From NCBI RefSeq assembly GCF_001194135.2, contig NC_068983.1, forward strand, positions 70,250,074 through 70,306,552: a DNA stretch of 56,479 nt. Reading direction: 5' to 3'. This document shows, piece after piece, positions 1-12,691 of the stretch. Source of the stretch: Octopus bimaculoides. Taxonomy: Eukaryota. A model generated the notes under the pieces. That model did not search any database. It was not told the origin of the DNA and was given only the letters and a program-made list of their open reading frames with translations. Position 1 is the first letter of the stretch. Each line of letters opens with the position of its first letter. The position numbers and the translations under genes are program-made.

Positions 1-47
1 CCCATGCTAGCATGGAAAGCGGACGTTAAACGATGATGATGATGATG
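1..47 (+). repeat. 3' tail of retroposon family ending GGACGTTAAAC(GAT)n
   Basis: cccatgctagcatggaaagcggacgttaaac(gat)n. The same tail recurs at about 10960-10995, 38985-39035 (minus), 43690-43710 and 54535-54575. Confidence 0.75.
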
Positions 48-1254
48 GAACATGTAGATGAAATCCTTGTTTGACATCTTCCATTGCTCTCTGCTAAGTG
101 AGCTTGTTGTGCTATATAATTGTTCTTATCATTGTTCCAAAACACTAAACAACGGAAATTATAAGCTGTTGTCTCTAAATATTCTATGTATGCATCATAT
201 AGTGATGTTGTTGAATTGATGAAATTAATTAAAAACTGTATCTGAAGACTGAGAAAAAGGATGCTTATTAATGGATGGAAATATGCAAATATCAAAACAT
301 TAGCTATTATTGCTTTATGCAAAATGCAAAAAGAAAATCCATCTCATCCTGTATGTAATATATTAATATTGTTAGTTGTCATGCCAACAAATAAGAAACA
401 TTTACCAAGAACCCTAATATAATAGTGTAGGTTCTCCAAATTCACATCACAATCTACAACAATTTATCACTAAAGTTGATTTCTAATATAGATATGGTCA
501 AGGTTATACCTGTTGATCTCAGAAGGAATTGAACTCTGAAAATGTAGGGATGCAACTAAATGAGTAAAGTAATGTAATAGCAGGTATAGCAAACCTATGC
601 TATAATGCAAAATTAGAAATGACACTGAAGTCAGAGGTAAACTGACATAGAAAACATTTCCTGCTTAGACTATCAGATTAATGAATGAACTCTAGTGTCT
701 TCTATAACAATGTTTTTTTTTCACTCTGGTTAGCTTTGGGCAGTTCTTATCATCCATTATTTCCAATCATTGGTTGATACTTGTCCAAGATAATATGAAG
801 CATGATGGTTAATATGATGGACTCTCAAATAATTGGTAGATAATATGGCCAAAGTATGTGAGTCTCAGTTCGTACATGATGTTTAACAGGCTGGAAGGAT
901 TGCCTGCTTAATATCAATGTTTAACTAATCAAAGATTAGCGGTACACTGATTGTAAGTTTATCTGTAAAATGATCTGATAGTCAAGCCAATGATAAATCA
1001 GTGATGATGACTACAGAATTATTGATAACAAGGCTAACAAGGCTTTGTAAGGTAATACCCATGCAATCAATGAGCTAGTAGAGGATAAAAATAGTGGAGC
1101 TTAATGAAGATAACAGTTAGCCAATGATAGTGTTTAACATGTTACAGCTTGATGTTTCAAGAAATCGTTGTCGTGATGTTGCTGAAAAAATATTAATTTC
1201 TCTACTTTTGTAAAGGGGGATATATGTATATTTGAGTTCATTTATCCCATTATA

Positions 1255-1592
1255 AAGGGTAAAGGGTAAAGACCCCCTTCGGTCATAAATGACCCCGCGA
1301 TTGCACAAGTTTCGGGCAAGGTTTATGGAAGACCAGCAGTTGCTCATGCATACCAGCCTCCCCTCTACAAGCCACCAATATTATCCCAGAGAATGACAAA
1401 GGCTGATACAGCTTGGCACCAGTGATGTCATAATTCATTTCTACAGCTGAGCAACATGAAATACAGTGAGCAACTGGAGCAACATGAAATAAAGTGTCTT
1501 GCTCAAGAAAGCAACACAGCATCTGGTCTGGGAATTGTAGTCACAACCTCATGATTGTAAACCTTATGTTCTCACCACTGAGTAGTGTGCCT
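1255..1592 (-). mobile_element. tRNA-derived SINE, degenerate
   Basis: The minus strand has a tRNA-like head (ctcagtggtgagaac...), a TTGAGCAAGACACTTTATTTCA core shared with copies near 32150 and 48470, and a short (TTTACC)n tail. Boundaries are approximate. Confidence 0.6.
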
Positions 1593-4394
1593 TCATGCCT
1601 CATATATCTTAATGCACGAGTAGGATTTGAAACCAGCACTAAATGACTTGAAACTTGATAATGTAATCTAATTTAATAAGTCAGTCTGACAAACCAGGTG
1701 TTCACTTTAACCCCTTATTTTGTCTTTAACTTCTAAATTACGAGTGAGTATTGTTTTCCAGTTCTCTTAATTATTTTCTTACAAGTGTCTTGCCCAATGG
1801 TACTACTCAATGACTGTAATAAAGTTTGACTTCATGCTAATATGGTTAATTATGCAGTATTAAGATTGAGAACATAATGCATTTATATTTCTAATCACAC
1901 TGTTTTATTCTCTTAGAAAATTTGAATGTAGTTTACTCAACTGCTTGTCAGTCTTCAATAAATTCTTCCACATTCTTTCATCACTGCCAAGTCATTTCCT
2001 ATTATTATTGTTATATTATTGTTATAAAATAACAGTTGAAATCACTTTCCTAGGTTTAGAACCTGAGACGAGTTATGTATTTGCTAATTAACTGTTATAC
2101 CATTATTAAAAATATAATAGGAATGTAAATTTGAGTTGGGAAGTAAAGTAGTGCATAGTAAGATTCTAGTAGTAAAGGTGGAAGTTATAAAATGAATAAA
2201 AATAAACTTTTATAATTTTATAATCTTTTACACCTTTCAACCTGAATATTTTTCTACAGTTTTCACATATGAAGTAGGTGCATTTAATATTCTTCTTTGC
2301 TAATATAAAGTGATAGAAGTTTTTAACATGTTGTAATTTAGATTAATTTGAAAAATTATTTTGGATATATTTCAAATCATTGCATTATTTCAACTTCTGG
2401 CTACTTTTCAAGAGAATGAAATAAACAGATCATTGTTACCTATTGTTAGTTTTGCTTTTCTCTTTATCCTATTCAGTGTGAAATATCTTTTACACTGAAT
2501 AGGAGTGGAACTCACTTCTTTTTCCAGTCAGTAAAACTAGAAGCAGTGTTAAGTGCTTTGCTCAAGAACACAACTCAATGATAGTAATAAACTGAACTCA
2601 TGATCATGTAGCTGGTTGTCCAGCACATTAACCTCTCATAGATTAAGAAAATCATATAGACTTCCTAAAAAATTCTGTTGTCAGCCTACAGTGAATTCAT
2701 TATCACCAGGTAGGTGCCAGAGAAAGTATTTATTGCCTTTACATACAGGACATTGCTGCACTGGTGACAAAAAACAAAATCATTATAGAATAATGAGTAG
2801 TATAAATATGTATTTACTCAATTCCTTGTAGTATTTAAATTGTGAAAACCTGGCAGAGGTTATTACTTTCTGTCTGGAAATATTTGACTATTTTTTAATA
2901 CTCTTCTGTAAGAATTGCCGTATGGAGCAAAATGGGAATTTAGACAACAAAGTAAGTGTTAAATGATATTAAGTGAAACTTTGATTATGAAGTCAAGAAT
3001 CTATTGAATGTAGTTAACAACACAAGAAACTGAATTAAATGAGGTGAATAATATTGAATAATGCAACAGTTTTGTTTGTGTCTGAGAAAAAAAATTAATA
3101 TGGTGTGCGGAATTAAATCTGTTCAACAGTGGATTACAAAAGCTAGAGATCAAAGGAAAATGAAATACAATATTTGCTAATACCATATATATTCATATAT
3201 AAGTTGCAGCAATAGATAATTCTCACCCCATCCTTTGTGTTTATAATATTTTAGCTTCAGCTTTTGACCCGTACATAAGACACATGTTGCTTTCTGTTTG
3301 TGTTTGAAACTTCACTCACAGTTGCTTTTAAATAAATAAATGAATAGTAATAATAAAAAGCTAACATGTAGCTGAAATAATCCTAATCATTGCCAATACA
3401 GTCTGGCAAAGTCCTGGAACCATAGATATAGCATTGTGTTGCTATGATCTATGGTCAGAACAAACAGATTAACTGGTGCTTTTAAATCAGCATGCTTGAT
3501 TGAATGATAAATATATATATGCAGCATCCAAATGAACATTAGGGTTACAGATGGTTAATACAGAATTGCACGTATATATTTCTCTTGTGTGGAAGCCATT
3601 TTTGCTTTCTTGTGAGATGCCATCAAAATATATTTGCTCGCAATGACAATATTCATGTAGACATGAATATTACCAACTCACTCTGCCATTCCAATCATCT
3701 GTTAGTGTGTGTTCATATACGTGCATGTGAGTGTTTGTATTTGCATGTTTGTGTTAGTGTATGCTTCAAATTTCAAGCCCAATTCCAGGATTGGTTGGTT
3801 AGTCTTGTGTAGTTTTCACAATCCAATTTTTTTTTAGTATAAAATAGAATAAAACTGCAACATATTGATGAATACATAATATTTGATAAACCACATTTAA
3901 ATTACTTTAGACTCACTCCTGAGTAAATGAGCTCAGAATACTTTTTGTTTACTGACACAGGTTAATTTAGTAAGAAAGCTATTCTGCTCAGGAGAAACAT
4001 TGATCCACAATAATGCATGATTACAGAGTATTTAAAAATCAAGAATATAATCTTGAATATGAGAGTTTCAAAATCTTTTTTTCCTGAGTTGGTTTAAGAC
4101 ATGACTATTTTTGTACTTGCTACAGCATAATTCACTATCAGATGACACCACTTTATAATAAGGTTGTTGGTGTTTAAGATAACATTCAGTCATGAAAGTT
4201 CTGTTCCCAAAACTCATGCAAACATCTAATTTGCAGATTCAATCAAATCAATTAAAAAGAAAAAGTTTCAATGATAAAAACCAATAAAGCAAAAGAAGAG
4301 GAATTATTGGGTGCCAATGAATTGATATATTACAGTATTTATTTATGTTATTTATGTATGACATTGAAGTAATTTCTGAAAACCCTTCTTTCAG

Positions 4395-4536
4395 CTGTCT
4401 ATTTATGCAAAAGAACCATGCAAAACAAACAGCGTTTGGAGCTTGCAGATTATGAAGCTGAGAATTTAGCGCGACTCCAGAAAATGTTTTCTCGTAAATG
4501 GGAATTTATTTTTATGCAAGCAGAAGCACAAGCTAA
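4395..4536 (+). CDS. RGS7: R7-family RGS protein (RGS7/RGS6/EGL-10-like), internal coding exon, DEP-helical-extension region
   Basis: Acceptor ttctttcag|CT and donor AA|gtatgt. Translates as (A)[46 protein letters not shown](K), near-identical to the RGS7/RGS6 segment as I recall it. 142 bp, phase 1 to 2. RGS7 versus RGS6 cannot be separated; likely a single invertebrate co-orthologue. Confidence 0.96.
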
Positions 4537-5089
4537 GTATGTGAATTAAATATTTTTGGTATTAAAAATCATTTACATTATAACAGTGAAACCCAACAAA
4601 TTAGTTGAATTTTCACTGATAAAACTCTTGTCAATTTCAAAGGTTAAATATTTCTTTGTATTGTAATTTCAAAGGAATAACCTCAAAAGGGAAGGAATAA
4701 TACAATAGAACCAATTTTCTTATGTCTATTTAACAGTTCACTGACATTCTTCAATAATATATGCTTACTGGTTTGCCTAATTGTTAGGCAGGTGGGGGAC
4801 TAAAAATCAATGCAATTTAAACTAACCAAGCTTGAGGAATTGTATATACATGTGTGTAGTTTGCATGCACATAGATACATATGAATATTGTGTGTGTGTG
4901 TGATCATCAGCATTGTTTAAACATTTTCTTTTTTCATGTGTGTATGAGTGAGATGAAATTTGTTGAGGCAGATTTTGTATGGCCTTATGCTATTTCCTTT
5001 TACAAATCATCCTCTGTTTTCAAGCATAGAAGTATTCCCCCCTAGTCTGGGCATATTTTCACAGACGATTGCAAAACACACTCACACAC

Positions 5090-5123
<34 letters not shown>

Positions 5124-5654
5124 GTGCTTTTTCCCAGTTTCCATCCATCAGATTCACTCACAAGGCTTTGTTCAGCCTGGGGCTGTAGGAGATTACACAT
5201 TCCCAGTGTTGTTCATGTGATATGACATCTGCTCTATCCATATGGTTTATACATTACTAAGAGCTCTAGGTTCAGTGGGAATCAGTAATAGCAAGGCTAC
5301 TCTTTGTTTCATTATTCTCTTTCTGTTGACATTGGTGTTTGTCCTCTTGTATTTCTCTTGATAAGAGTATTTCTTCTCTTGCTCTCTTCTGTCTGTCTGT
5401 TGTCTCTTTCTCTATCACTTTGTATCTCTTTTTTATAGGATCATTTCCTATCTCTCTCTCTCTTCTCCACTCATGTTACTTCTTTTCTCTTTCTTCTCTT
5501 CTATTTATCTCTCTTCTTTTGGTATAGTGTATCTTCTGGTGTCACCTTTCTTTGTAGCTGTCTCTCTCATCCCTGCCTTGTAGCTATTTCTCAGAGCCCC
5601 TCTCTCCTTTTCCACTTAACATTCCCCACCTTCTCTTAAGTGTTTCTGAAAATA

Positions 5655-5694
<40 letters not shown>

Positions 5695-6254
5695 TACACA
5701 CACACTGGCATTTAATTTTCAATATATGCTCACTCTGTCAATATATTGTTCATGTAGACTGTGGAAAACTGAGTGTGTATGGCTCTTAAAGATAAACATC
5801 GTTTGGTTATCATTTAAGTTTTACAAACTCCAAACTATAATCTGTATTGAATAACCATGTTTTTTTTCTTCTATAAATATCCATTCCATGCAAGGCAACA
5901 AAATGGTAGAAGTGTTAAGCATCAAAAACTGCTTTATGATTCTTTTGGCTGTTTACATTCTCAACTGAAATCCCAGAAAGGCCAACTTTACCTTTCAGGG
6001 TTAAGAAAATAAAGTACCATTTTAGTATTGGGGTCGATAGCATTCACTAACCTTTCCTGTAAAAATTTTTCTTCAGTTTGAAACAATATTTCCACTCCAT
6101 TCTGTAGATGTCCTGACCATCAGTCTATGTTTAGGTAGATCCAGTAGCTTATGTGTTTTTCTATCAAGGGTTTCTAATCCCTTACTCAACCCCTCTCTTT
6201 TTCTAGAAGAGACATTTTGAGTGGTACCCATGACCTTTCTCACTGTGCAAATGT

Positions 6255-6310
<56 letters not shown>

Positions 6311-6645
6311 AACAGACAGACAAAGAGGAAACTAATCAGAGCACACCTAACTGGTTCTTTATTCAATGATTTGAGTAGGATGAATAGCAAAGCTGACCTA
6401 AGTGACATTTGGATTTGAATGCAAGGCATTTTGGCATGCTTACAATTTTGCCAAATCAGTATGAGAGCGTGGGAGAGAGAGAATATGAGACTGTGTAGTG
6501 AGTGTGTAAAATGTAATATTATCAATTAGATTTTATATAACATGGCAGTATATCACTCAGCATGTTTACTATGTAAACCCCTTAAGTAAGTAACCCATAT
6601 GTGAACTACCAAAATATAAGTGAGCCAAAGAGGAATCTTCTATGT

Positions 6646-6678
<33 letters not shown>

Positions 6679-6724
6679 ACCGGTATTTGTCTCACCACTA
6701 ATGCTTGACAACCAATGTTGGTGT

Positions 6725-7110
6725 TATAGTTCTATATTTAAGAGATGTGGAATTATGTACATTATTTACATTATTTACATTTGATGGATATTTGTCCTCA
6801 TCCTGTTTGTTGTTAACCCAACGTTTCGGCTGATATACCCTCCAGCCTTCATCAGGTAAATTGGGGAAATGTCGAACCTGGGTTTTCATTCCTAAGGTTT
6901 TTTTCGATGTTATTATTATTATTATTATTATTATTCAGGTCACTGCTTGGAATCAAACTTGGAATTTTAGGGTTAGTAGCCCACACTCTTAACCACTATA
7001 CCGGGCATATGGCATAGTGGTTAAGAGCGCAGGCTACTAACCCCAAGATTCCAAGTTCAATTCCAAGCCATGACCTGAATATTGATAATAATAATAATGC
7101 TAATGATAAT

Positions 7111-7152
<42 letters not shown>

Positions 7153-7307
7153 TATAATAATAATAACATCGAAAAATACCTTAGGAATGAGAACCCAGGT
7201 TTGAAATTTCCCCAAGACACCTGTTGAAGGCTAGAGGGTATATCAGCCAAAATGGGTTAACAACAAGCAGGATGAGGACAAATATCTGTCAAATGTAAAT
7301 AATGTAC
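6725..7307. mobile_element. Fold-back element copy A: inverted tRNA-head/(TAA)n/hammerhead arms
   Basis: The left arm is the reverse complement of the right arm around a centre near 7000. Direct repeat (c)aatgttggtgt at 6713/6714-6724 and 7307/7308-7318 forms a TSD. Homologous copy at 22172-22786. Confidence 0.85.
6815..6860 (-). ncRNA. Hammerhead ribozyme motif with intact core and degenerate stem I
   Basis: Minus strand reads tttac CTGATGA a GGCTG gagggtatat CAGCC GAAA CGTT gggtt. The core and stem II are intact, but stem I pairing is disrupted compared with copy B. Confidence 0.55.
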
Positions 7308-7581
7308 AATGTTGGTGTGTTTACCGTAACTTAGCAGTTCAGCAAAATAAACTAATAGAAAAAGTATTAGGCTTAAAAAAAAAGTCCTGGGGTCGATTTG
7401 TTCAACTAAAACCTTCAAAGCAGTGCCCAAGTATGGCCACAGTCAAATGACTGAAACAAGTAAAAGATAAAAGATTATATATATGATATTCCTTTTTGGT
7501 AGAAGCAACTATTATCCTGCACTGCATTTTAATACAATTATTATAAAATGTTATTCTTTTCCTCTAAACAAAAGCATAATA

Positions 7582-8869
7582 TTGGGTCATCCCATAAATA
7601 ATGTGATTTTTTCAATTGCATGAACTAAAAGTCAGAGGGATGTCTGATAAACTACCTGCATCAACTTGCTATAAAAGCAGGTAGTAATTCTATCTTGTAC
7701 TTATTCTTAGTGCAAGTTTTGAAGAGTGCAGTTTGATTTTAACAGCTATTTTTTCAAAGCTGTAATGGAAGAGACAAAGAAGCATATTCAGCATATTTTG
7801 CTTTGTGAATTCAATAAAAGCAACAACGCAATGGAAAGTGCGAGAAATATTAGTGCAGTATATGGAGATCAGACAATAGGCATAAGTCAGTGTCAATGGT
7901 GGTTCCAGAAATTCTGAGCCGGAAACTACAGCCTAGAAGATAGGCCTCATCCTGGAAGATCTGTAGAGCTCAACAAGGATGTCCTGTAAATCCTAGTGAA
8001 ACAAAATCCCATTGTATCTATTGAGGAACTATCAGAGAAGCTTGGATTTGGTCATTTAACCATTCATTGACACCTGCATGCCATCGGAAAACATCAGCAA
8101 ATTCGCTCAATGGGTTTCTCACAAACTTCCTGAGTCTAATCACGTGCAAAGAGTGAACATGTGCTCTTCTTTGCTGTCAAGTTTCACAAACGAACCTTTT
8201 TTTGGACCAAATAATGACTGGTGACAAGAAATGGGTTCTCTATAAAAATGTGAAGCGTTGAAAACAGGAGAGGGAAAGGAGAAACACCGGCACTCCAGGC
8301 TAAAGAAGGTCTTTGCCCACGTAAGGTGTTGTTATCTGTTTGATGGGATATGAGAGATTTAGTCCACTTTGAACATTTAAACCCAAACCAAACGATAACA
8401 AAGGAGATCTACTGGAAGCACATTGAGTGACTTAAGTCAGCACTAGAAGAAAAACGACCATTTTTGGTTTCACAATGAAGGGTGTTCTTCAATCAGGATA
8501 ATGCTCAGCCACATACAGCAAGGATGACATTTCAGAGGCTGGAACAGTTTGAATGGGAGATGATGCCACACCCACTATATTCACTAGACATTGCCCCATC
8601 TGATTATCATTTATTCCACAGTCTTCAAAATCATTTGGACGGAAAATATATGAATTCTGTAGATGAGGTCAGAACAACACTAGAGGAGTATTTTCCATCA
8701 TGGACAAGTGAATTCTGGAAGAGGGGCCTTGCAAGTCTACCAGATGGATAGAAGAGCATTGTAGAAAATGAAGGAGAGTATATTTTAGATTAAAAAAGAC
8801 CTTTGTTTATCAAAATTTTGAAAAATAAAATAAATATAAAAAAACTGCATTATTTATGGGATGACCCAA
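7582..8869 (+). mobile_element. Full-length mariner (DD34D) transposon, inactive
   Basis: TIRs TTGGGTCATCCCATAAATAATG (7582) and CATTATTTATGGGATGACCCAA (ending 8869). TA on both sides. 1288 bp. Confidence 0.95.
7765..8793 (+). pseudogene. Mariner transposase pseudogene
   Basis: MEETKKHIQHILLCEF... HTH region, WVSHKL (WVPHEL-like), TGDK, QDNAQPH, YSLDIAPSDYHLF (YSPDLAPSDY-like), ending ENEGEYILD*. Several in-frame stops and frameshifts. Confidence 0.95.
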
Positions 8870-9839
8870 TACAAATACAAAACAATATAGGAGCCTTTGC
8901 ATGGTCACTTGTTTTGTTAAAAATAGCATCTAAACATTCCTCAAATAACAGCCTACTATATTAAATAATGCAGGGGGTATATTGAATAATGGTAGTCCCT
9001 AATATACAAAAATGTCAGCATGGTAACAGCTGCACTGTCTTCTGATCCTAGGTCTAGCCTATCTAGGTTAAACAACAAAAACAACATACAATATGTAAGT
9101 AGAATGATATTGAACTACAAATGAAATGTAGAAACTGTCTATAGCGATGTATTTTTATAAGAATTTTTGTGTTAAAAGTAAATTTCATTGAAAAACTAAC
9201 TCCCTTAATGACTTCGTCATCCCCATTCTCATTCAATGCAAAACATTTTTTTCTTTTTTTTTTCGAACATTTTTTTTTACACTAAGCACTTTTTTCTGCT
9301 GAATGTTTAATTGGAAATCCTATCCTCTAAACAATTGACATTTTCAAATGTACTTTTAAAAGGTTACAAGCAGTAACTTTTTTCTCAGGCTCTTGAAGAA
9401 ACAAAAACAACCCACAAATCAATTACTGCTGTAGACAGAACCCACATTAAGTAAGCTTAATGTGTTATGACTGTAGCATTTCACGAGCTTGTTCTATATA
9501 TTCTTGATTTATTTATATATATTTATAAGATACCTGTTTGATATAATCTTTCTGGTGTGGTTCACATAATCAATCCATCAACAGTATAATGTTATTTAGA
9601 GTAAAGAAATAACCTCATTTTTAATGTAATTCTTTCAATGGTTTCAATCATTATATTGTAGCACATGCAAGGGTCATTGCCTTCAAGTATTGTAGTCAAT
9701 CTTACCAACTCACAACACTAAAGTACTCATTTCAATATGGTATTTATTTCATGTTGCTATTTATCAAACTGCTAAGGTACAATTCATAGAGGTATAAACA
9801 TTCACACAGAAATACCATACATATGTACTTTCTCTGTCA

Positions 9840-9970
9840 TATATGACAGGCTTCTGTACAGTTTCCATCGACTGAATCTTGCTCACAAGGCATTTGGTGA
9901 CTCAAAATTAGTTGATGACACTGGCCATTGGCTTAAGGTACTGCACAATGAGATTGAATCCAGAACTACT
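9840..9970 (-). mobile_element. SINE fragment
   Basis: The reverse complement contains gccttgtgag...gatggaaactgtacagaagcctgtc, shared with the SINE at 11614-12050. Confidence 0.55.
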
Positions 9971-10070
9971 TCTTGTTTTATATCAATTTTCTTTCTTATC
10001 CATCAGAAATTAATTGAGTAAACTTGTAACCAACAAAAGCCTTCTAGACATGACTTGTCTTTTTTGTGAA

Positions 10071-10320
10071 GGCATGGCGGTGTGGTTAAGATGTTTGCTT
10101 TACAATTGTATAGTTTTCAAGTTCACTCCTACTATGCAGCATCTTGGCTAAGTGTCTTCTACAATAGACCAAAGTTGACCAATGCCTTGTGAGTGAACTG
10201 TATGGCACCTCATCATATATTCTTTATTCTTTTATATGTTTCAGCCCAAAGGCTGTGACCATGCTGGGGCACCACCAGTGTAATCACCTTTCCAATGGCC
10301 ATTATATGCAATTGGCTTTT
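10071..10320 (+). mobile_element. tRNA-derived SINE, degenerate
   Basis: A-box-like ggcggtgtggttaag and B-box-like gttcactcc, followed by the aagtgtcttctac...gccttgtgagtg core. Confidence 0.6.
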
Positions 10321-10817
10321 GGTGAAGGAAGGAGTTTGACACTGCTGTCCTCTTTTGAGTTTCCTGCCATGATGTAGGTACATCTTGGAATTTGGATAGC
10401 AGGAGGTCAAGTTGTTTTTTATACAGGAAAAAATAAGGATAAACACAGTTTTATTTCATTTCAAAGTTTCTACATGCGATTCACCTTTATGGTTGTTTGA
10501 AGTCTTACAATGAAAGTTCCAAGTGCATATAAATGCTCAATGACAATGGATCCTCAGGGAATGCTTTATTATGTGCAACTATAGGTATTTGAAACTTCTA
10601 TCACAGGGCTCCAAGCTACCATATCGATCAAACACATGTAAGAACTTTGAAATGAAATAAATCTGTGTTTATCCTTATTTTCTCTATATTTACTCTGTTG
10701 CTCATAATTGAAAAAGCAACAGTACAGAAACCATACTGGATTATGAAAATCTACTTGCATTTCTAAACACAACACTTACACTTACACATTTGTACACATA
10801 ATTTCTACCATTTGTAT

Positions 10818-10855
<38 letters not shown>

Positions 10856-11020
10856 AACTGCAGAGTGGTTGGTGTAAGGAAAAAAAAACCCTGCCAAAAC
10901 AGACACAGTAGCCTGGGGTAGTCTTCTACCTGGCCAGCCTCAGTTGATCTTCCTACCCACGCATACATGGAAGACAGACGTTAAACGATGATGATGTTGA
11001 TATATATATATATGTATAAG

Positions 11021-11055
<35 letters not shown>

Positions 11056-11304
11056 TGTGTTTGTCCTCCTACTGCTTGACAACTGTTGTTGGTTTATTAT
11101 GCCCCTCTAACTTAGTGGTTTGGCATAACAGACTGATATGATAAGTACCAGACATCAAAAAATACATTCTGGGATTGATCTGTATGATTAAACACTTCAA
11201 GGCAGTGCCCCCACCCCTGCAAAGCCCCAGTTCAGTGACTGAAACAAGTAAAAAATGAAAGATAAATGACGACATTTGTTATTATTATGAATTAAAATAC
11301 AAGT

Positions 11305-11460
11305 AGTAAGCTGGAAGAATCATTAACACACTGGGAAAAATGCTTAGCAGCATTTCATCCAGCTTTATGTTCTGTGTTCAAATTCCACCAAGGTCGACTT
11401 TGCCTTTCATCCTTTCAGGGTCATTGAAATGAGAACCTGATGTAATCAACTTATTCCTAA
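11305..11460 (+). mobile_element. SINE, second family (gttcaaattccaccaaggtcgactttgcctttcatcc core)
   Basis: The same core occurs at about 16800-16990 and 29850-30080, and in reverse at about 29340-29470 and 31230-31430. Confidence 0.65.
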
Positions 11461-11613
11461 AATTTGAAACCATTATTATGAATTAAATGTTTAAAGCACA
11501 GATGGTTCTTCTGTCATGGTTACCAAAAATTAAAATCTCCCGTGTGTTAAAAATTTGGCTTTTAATTCACCATTTGCAAAAAAATAAAAAAATCTTTAAA
11601 AAATATTATTTCA

Positions 11614-12050
11614 GATGTGTGGTAAGAAGTTTACTTCCCAACCACTTGGTTCTGGGTTCAGACCCACTGCACGGCACCTTGGGCAAGTGTCTTCTACTGT
11701 AGCATCGAGTTGATAAAATCCTTGCAAGTGGATTTAGTAGATGGAAACTGAAAGAAGCCCTTCGTCTATAGATGTGTTTGTGTGTGTGTGTGCACGTATG
11801 TGTGTGCGTGCATGTATGTGTGTGTGTGTGCATTTGTGTCTGTCCTCCACCACTACTTGACAACTGGTATTGGTATGTTTACATCCCTGTCATTTAGTGG
11901 TTCAGCAAAAAAGACCAATAGAATAAGTACAAGGCTTTAAAGAAAAAGAAAAAAGTACTGGGGACAATTCATGTGACTAAAATTCTTCAAGGTGGTGCCC
12001 CAGCATGGCCGCAGTTTAATGACCGAAACAAGTAAAGATAAAAGATAAAA
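11614..12050 (+). mobile_element. Near full-length tRNA-derived SINE with internal (GT)n
   Basis: Head tgtgtggtaagaag...gggttcagaccc, core ttgggcaagtgtcttctac...ggaaactgaaagaagccc, (GT)n, then tail ccagcatggccgcagt...gaaacaagtaaagataaaag. Homologues at about 29680-30360, 40700-40870 and 41903-42060. Confidence 0.8.
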
Positions 12051-12609
12051 ACGATAATATAAATTTTTATTTGTCCATTTTTTCTTTATGGCATTTTAAT
12101 TTTACATTGTTTTGTAATACTGTTGATATGCCACTTTCTTTGGGAAATTATGTTAAAAAAAGAAGCCCATAAAAAGCTGTCCCAGCAAGGATGCAATTCA
12201 ATGACAAAAATCAGTAAAAGAATAAGACTATAGTTATCTGGATTTATTACTTCAGTTTGGCCACTTAATTTATCAATTCATTCATTTTTCAATTTTTGTT
12301 TTAGGAAATATATTTCCATGATAGTTACACAATTTTCCCCTCTTTAGTGATTTGGTAGAGGATGATTGAGATTGATAGCCAAGCATCAATCGTTTTATGA
12401 GAAGAATTCAAAATAATAAGATAGTAATTTTATTAGTGAAGAATTCTCAGCTTCCTTTTACCATATTTATTCTTTTGGATGCCAATTTTTTCATCTTACT
12501 CACACCCTTTTATTGCAGAATATCTATAATGGAAATACATTTTGAAGAAAATCTAATATGCAATTTCTTTTAGAATTCTTATTTTTTTTTTTTAATTCTC
12601 ATATTTCAG

Positions 12610-12691
12610 GGTAGATAAAAAACGAGACAAATTAGAGAGAAAAGTGTTGGATAGTCAAGAAAGAGCATTCTGGGATGTACATAGACCTGTG
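12610..12691 (+). CDS. RGS7: R7-RGS internal coding exon
   Basis: atttcag|G ... GTG|gtatgt. Completes AA+G=Lys, then [27 protein letters not shown]. 82 bp, phase 2 to 0, in frame with the previous exon. Confidence 0.96.

Larger units (their letters stand above)
6600..7475 (+). mobile_element. SINE 3' part interrupted by the fold-back insertion at 6725-7307
   Basis: (GT)n plus ttgacaacc...ggtgtgttta...gtaacttagcagttc...gactgaaacaagtaaaagataaaag matches the tails at 11830-12050 and 43740-43965 once 6725-7307 is removed. Confidence 0.7.

Noticed and set aside
7005-7075. Possible tRNA gene with ACT anticodon
   Set aside because: The acceptor and T stems do not pair properly and it is embedded in a repeated element; treated as a tRNA-derived head.
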